Origin: Chloroflexota bacterium
GTDB lineage: Bacteria; Chloroflexota; UBA11872; VXOZ01
DNA: 64,000 nt
Reading direction: 5' to 3'
NCBI GenBank assembly: GCA_965208315.1
Contig: OZ242329.1
Coordinates: 1,920,082 to 1,984,081 of the forward strand
The position numbers and the translations under genes were made by a program. The notes under the pieces were generated by a model that worked only from the letters and a program-made list of their open reading frames with translations, had not been told where the DNA came from and ran no database searches. How positions within the stretch are numbered: position 1 is the first letter of the stretch; every line of letters starts with the position of its first letter. Positions 60,437 to 64,000 of this stretch are shown piece by piece.

Positions 60437-62136
60437 AGCCCTCTCCCGTGGAGGCTGTCTCATTAATTATGCATGGCACACGACTGGTTGGGTGAGGGAC
60501 GCAGTCAGATGGCGGATGCAGTGATCAAAATGGCGCAAGTGACGGAGACGGCGCTTCTGTGGGCGCAGCGGCTCTGCTCCAGAGGGCCCCGCCGGGCCGA
60601 CCCTGGAGCGCCACACCGCGTGCAGGCTCTTGAGATTGAACGCGGTGGCCAGCAGGTGCCATTCGGACACCACGTGGCTGCGGCCTCTGAGCAGGAAGCG
60701 TCTGGCCCCGTGCCATTCTTTGAGCAGGCCAAAGACCGGCTCGACGAGCGCGCTTCTGCGCCGGTACAGCGCCTTGGCCGGTGCCGTCGCCATCAGTGCC
60801 CGGTGTCGTCGCAGTATCGGCTCGTGTTCACTGATCTTTATGGAGCGGCCGCGCCGGGAGGAGGTGCACGTGCCAAACGCCGGGCAGGAGCGGCAGTCTT
60901 TCCCGTTGGCCCGGTACCGCCTGACCCGGTAGCCGTTGCGGTGGGTGAGGCTGCCCGTGTAGGTGAGCACCTTTTGCTGCGGACAGAGGTAGGTGTCGCT
61001 CTGGTGACAGTAGGTGAAGTGGTCCTTATGGTACGGGTGGCGGCGTCGGCGCGTGTGGGTCTCGGGCATCAGCACCGTGTGGCCGCCGGCAGCGCACGCA
61101 ACGAGGTTGGCTCCCGAATGGTAGCCCGCGTCGGCAACGGTCACGACGTCCCGCTCGGCGTCGACGTTCTCCTGCGCCGCTGCAAGCATTGGCACCAGGT
61201 GGGGATGGTCGTCGGAACCGGCGCTCACGTCCACCGCCGTGATCACCATGCCTCCCGCACCCTCGTTCTGGGGCGCAAGTGGGGAGACGACCGCCTGGGC
61301 GTTGTAGCCGGTGCTGAAGCCGCCGGTGCCGGTCTTGAGCAGGGCCGCGTCCGCGTCGGTCAGGTTCATGTAGCGCGGCCCGTCCTCAGCCTCCACGCGG
61401 GCCAGCGCGTCGTCCACCCGCTGGCGCAGCGCCTGGGCGTCGGCAAGTTCCTGCGGCAAACGCGCCGGCGGCGGGTCGCCACCCGTGGCGTTCTGGGCTT
61501 CCACATCCGCGAGCGCCTGCTCCGTACGGGACAACAGCCGCTTCAGCCCCTCGGCGTCGTGGGTATGCCGCGACGAGGCATTGGCCGCAATGCGCGTGCC
61601 GTCCACCGCCTGGAGGGCCAACTCCACCAGCCCGGCACGCACCGCCGTGCGCACAGTGCACCGCAGCAGCGTCCGCAGCCGGTCGCGGTGCGCCGTGTAG
61701 AAGCGCCACAGGGTGTTGTGGTCGGGCTGCTGCATCCCCATCAGCCACATGTACGGTACCTGGTCTCGGCAGGCCGCCTCCAGTTTGCGGCAGGAGCGTA
61801 CACCGGTCATGAAGCCGTAGATCCACACGCTCAGCAGGGCCCGGGGGTGATACGCGCCCGCGCCACGCGGGTCGCCCTGCAGGTCAATCCCCATCTCCTC
61901 CCAGGCTGCGGCGTCAAGCCCGTCCACGAAAGCCGCCGCAAACCGCACCGGATGGTCTGCGGGCACCAGTTCGTCCAGCGTCGGCGGCAGCAGCCAAGCC
62001 TGTTCTCGACTAAACGGTCTCAAAGGCATCGCTACTCCTTCACTCCACAGTATCCCACTCCCTCACCCTGCTCCTCTCTACGACAGTATACATCCGTACA
62101 TGCTATTTTTGAGACAGCCTCCTCGAGGGAGAGGGA
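60437..62136 (-). mobile_element. IS1182-family insertion sequence (~1.7 kb) with ~25-bp imperfect terminal inverted repeats
   Basis: The right end is GAGACAGCCTCCTCGAGGGAGAGGG (62111-62135). The reverse complement of the left end (60437-60461) is GAGACAGCCTCCACGGGAGAGGG, which differs by one mismatch and one indel. The pair brackets a single transposase ORF. Confidence 0.8.
60467..62029 (-). CDS. IS1182-family DDE transposase
   Basis: N-terminal FSREQAWLLPPTLDELVPADHPVRF...YHPRALLSVWIYGFMTGVRSCRKLE and C-terminal ...ALYRRRSALVEPVFGLLKEWHGARRFLLRG are the IS1182 hallmarks. Confidence 0.85.
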   Translation of the reverse strand: MPLRPFSREQAWLLPPTLDELVPADHPVRFAAAFVDGLDAAAWEEMGIDLQGDPRGAGAYHPRALLSVWIYGFMTGVRSCRKLEAACRDQVPYMWLMGMQQPDHNTLWRFYTAHRDRLRTLLRCTVRTAVRAGLVELALQAVDGTRIAANASSRHTHDAEGLKRLLSRTEQALADVEAQNATGGDPPPARLPQELADAQALRQRVDDALARVEAEDGPRYMNLTDADAALLKTGTGGFSTGYNAQAVVSPLAPQNEGAGGMVITAVDVSAGSDDHPHLVPMLAAAQENVDAERDVVTVADAGYHSGANLVACAAGGHTVLMPETHTRRRRHPYHKDHFTYCHQSDTYLCPQQKVLTYTGSLTHRNGYRVRRYRANGKDCRSCPAFGTCTSSRRGRSIKISEHEPILRRHRALMATAPAKALYRRRSALVEPVFGLLKEWHGARRFLLRGRSHVVSEWHLLATAFNLKSLHAVWRSRVGPAGPSGAEPLRPQKRRLRHLRHFDHCIRHLTASLTQPVVCHA

Positions 62137-62204
62137 ACCGGAAGGGCGCGAACCAAGAGACCTCAATGCGACCACTCAACTCTTGCCGGTGCAAGAGCAA
62201 TTCT

Positions 62205-62230
62205 CAACAGCCGGCCGTAGCGCGGGGGCT
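62205..62230. repeat. Hairpin repeat family C, copy 3
   Basis: Exact CCGTAGCGCGGGGGCTTGTCCCCCGC between the IS element and the BHMT-like gene. Confidence 0.85.
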
Positions 62231-62281
62231 TGTCCCCCGCCACTTGGCACCTCAAGAGAACCCCATTCTCGGGTCTGACGC

Positions 62282-63283
62282 TCAGTTTTCCTGCCGCCGC
62301 TCCCAGTTGAACTCCGTCTCGCTCATGGGCTTATCGGGATCGGGTTGCCAAATCTGCTCTTCCTCGAACTTATCCAGCACCTTCGCCATCTCGCGCACGT
62401 GCATGGCGACCGTCCCACAGCAGGCGCCGATGAAGTTTACGCCCATGGCCTTAGCTTTCACGGCGTAATCCGCCATTTCGTAGCGGGTCATCTGCGTTGG
62501 TTCCAGCTTATCCGGAAAGGCAGACGTGCCGGTAAACCACGGCACCTCGTCGCTGGTGCGGTGGGCCACCGGCTGGGCGGCGATGTAAGCATCGGTAGCA
62601 CCGCGCATCTCGTCCAGAATGGGATACGTGTGCACGGGGTCCCGCATGCAGTTCGCGCCAACAATCTCCGCACCCGCGTCGGCCAGCATGCGCGCGCAAT
62701 CGGCAGCGGAATAGCCGTCATCGGTTTCGGTCGTGGCACGGAAAGACATGGTGATCATGGCCGGCAAATTAGTCTTGGCCTTGATGCGTTCCAAGCAGAG
62801 CAGCGCTTCACCCAGGTGCCAGAAGGTCTCGCCAATGAAGAAATCAACGCCTTCTTGCGCTTCAATCTGCTCGTCAAAGATGCCGGCGATCGCGGCATTG
62901 CCGGCGTCGTTACCTTCCTCCCACTTCCAAGTGGCGCTGAGGTCTCCGGCCACGAGCGCCTTGTCACCGGCGACACCCTTGGCTATCTGCGTGGTTTTTT
63001 GGTTGATCTCGAACGTCCGGTCAGCCTGCCCTACCGTTTCAAGCTTACTGCGACTGCCGTAGAACGCCATTACTTGCAACACTTCCGAACCAGCGCGCAT
63101 GAATTCCACATGCAGCTCGCGAATGGCGCTCGGGTACTCCAGTGCCAGTTCGGGAGTAAATGCTCCAGCGATGACATAGCCACGCTTCTCAAGTTCAACA
63201 ATGTAGCCGCCGTCACCGAGTACGACGTCTTCCGCCAACATTTCCAGTATGCCCATCTGCAAGAACTTCCCTTCTAAGGTCAC
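62282..63283 (-). CDS. Homocysteine S-methyltransferase-domain protein (betaine-homocysteine methyltransferase-like, zinc-Cys motif GACCGT)
   Basis: Pfam S-methyl_trans-type TIM barrel. Zn-binding residues include ...GANCMRD... and the ...IGACCGT... Cys pair. Confidence 0.75.
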   Translation of the reverse strand: MTLEGKFLQMGILEMLAEDVVLGDGGYIVELEKRGYVIAGAFTPELALEYPSAIRELHVEFMRAGSEVLQVMAFYGSRSKLETVGQADRTFEINQKTTQIAKGVAGDKALVAGDLSATWKWEEGNDAGNAAIAGIFDEQIEAQEGVDFFIGETFWHLGEALLCLERIKAKTNLPAMITMSFRATTETDDGYSAADCARMLADAGAEIVGANCMRDPVHTYPILDEMRGATDAYIAAQPVAHRTSDEVPWFTGTSAFPDKLEPTQMTRYEMADYAVKAKAMGVNFIGACCGTVAMHVREMAKVLDKFEEEQIWQPDPDKPMSETEFNWERRQEN

Positions 63284-63413
63284 TACACCATGGAAAACCC
63301 ATTACTTGATTCGCTCTAATGTCCGGAGGCGAGCGATCACTCTACTCCAATCTGACTTGCTTCCCTTTCCGGATATGTGCACTCCTCGCGCCGAGCATAT
63401 CCTAGTCTACCAG

Positions 63414-64000
63414 TTACGATACCCGCGCTACCGCCAGCAGGTCGCTTGGCACCGCCTGCATGACTTTTCGCAGCCCGTCGGCCACATCTCGGGCGTCCTG
63501 CTCCGTCCAATCCATGCTCAGGTGATATTCACAGACTCGCGGCATCAACTCTTCCGCGCGCGGGCAGAGGCCGGGACCGTAGTCCGCCTCGCCGGAATAG
63601 ATTCGTGAATCCCAGGGCGATGGCCCGTCATGCCACATACGCTTCTGCACAATTGGCTCATGCATATAAACCGGCACGCCACCATACGGAAACTTGATCG
63701 GCACACCCTCCGCCGCCAGTGCCTGCCTAGCCCACGCACAGAGTTCCGGCGTCTCGAAAATGAGCACCGGACTTACGCCGGTGTCGCCATTGGGATCGGC
63801 CAAAGGGCGCACACTCACGCCGGGAACATCACGAACGCTCTCCAAGATTATCTCGCCCACATGACGCACGTGCGCGCGCAGCCGGTCGAGCTTCTTCACT
63901 TGCTCCAGCAGTACCGCCGCCGTGAGTTCACTCATGCGGTAGTTCTCGCCAAAGAAGGGCGGCACCTCTGCGCCATCGCTCTTGCGGGGCGTCCCCTGGT
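63414..64000 (-). CDS. DegT/DnrJ/EryC1-family aminotransferase, C-terminal part (gene continues beyond the window end)
   Basis: NYRMSELTAAVLLEQVKKLDRL matches the family's conserved NYRMxElQAAxGLxQLKKLD block. The reading frame stays open to the window edge. Confidence 0.6.
   Translation of the reverse strand, partial: QGTPRKSDGAEVPPFFGENYRMSELTAAVLLEQVKKLDRLRAHVRHVGEIILESVRDVPGVSVRPLADPNGDTGVSPVLIFETPELCAWARQALAAEGVPIKFPYGGVPVYMHEPIVQKRMWHDGPSPWDSRIYSGEADYGPGLCPRAEELMPRVCEYHLSMDWTEQDARDVADGLRKVMQAVPSDLLAVARVS

Noticed and set aside
60473-62278. 601-aa ORF on the + strand, antisense to the IS1182 transposase. Many similar long antisense ORFs also occur, e.g. 4044-4982, 5013-5549, 5640-6479, 19749-20999, 17687-18559, 62345-63277.
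   Set aside because: Arg/Ala/Pro-rich, low-complexity translations typical of GC-rich antisense frames. Each overlaps a well-supported gene on the other strand.

Overview
GC-rich bacterial chromosomal segment, roughly 60% GC or more by eye, carrying about 50 protein-coding genes, no rRNA or tRNA genes and no CRISPR array. A Chlor_Arch_YYY (TIGR03662-like) plus TIGR03663-like membrane-protein gene pair argues for a Chloroflexi-type genome. Most genes are housekeeping or metabolic: a DegT-family aminotransferase, hydantoinase/oxoprolinase HyuA-HyuB with an Asp/Glu-racemase-superfamily gene, ychF, a class-I aminotransferase, a BtuF-like binding protein, two enolase-superfamily enzymes, an SPFH protein, a polysaccharide deacetylase-like gene, an S8 subtilase-like gene, an M24 peptidase, two tandem DUF3604 paralogs, a sugar-type ABC binding protein, creatininase, glyA, a DUF58 plus transglutaminase-like pair, small YtxH/DUF948-like proteins, sthA, an NYN protein, a TIM-barrel isomerase, a clan GH-A hydrolase, a class-III aminotransferase, ThuA-like, a DUF4126 protein, coaE, rlmD, a cupin, an SDR+DUF2867 fusion, an MSOX-family sarcosine oxidase, an MBL hydrolase, a stand-alone groEL, a DMGDH-like dehydrogenase, a BHMT-like methyltransferase and a partial second DegT gene. 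Four things stand out beyond the gene list. (1) The intergenic space is unusually dense in at least five families of short GC-rich palindromic or MITE-like repeats; one copy sits in-frame inside a membrane-protein gene, and two long direct copies flank a single aminotransferase gene. (2) One complete IS1182-family insertion sequence splits a BHMT-like/DMGDH gene neighbourhood. (3) A decayed defence and toxin-antitoxin graveyard lies next to sthA: a DNA-methyltransferase-type C-terminal remnant, a duplicated antitoxin with one dead copy, and a doubly disrupted vapC. (4) Several proteins carry substitutions at expected catalytic positions: an S8-like protein with Cys at the serine position, a transglutaminase-like protein with Ala at the cysteine position, and one of two DUF3604 paralogs with eroded metal-binding motifs. 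No single sharply defined novel system is proven; the strongest candidates are listed in the findings.
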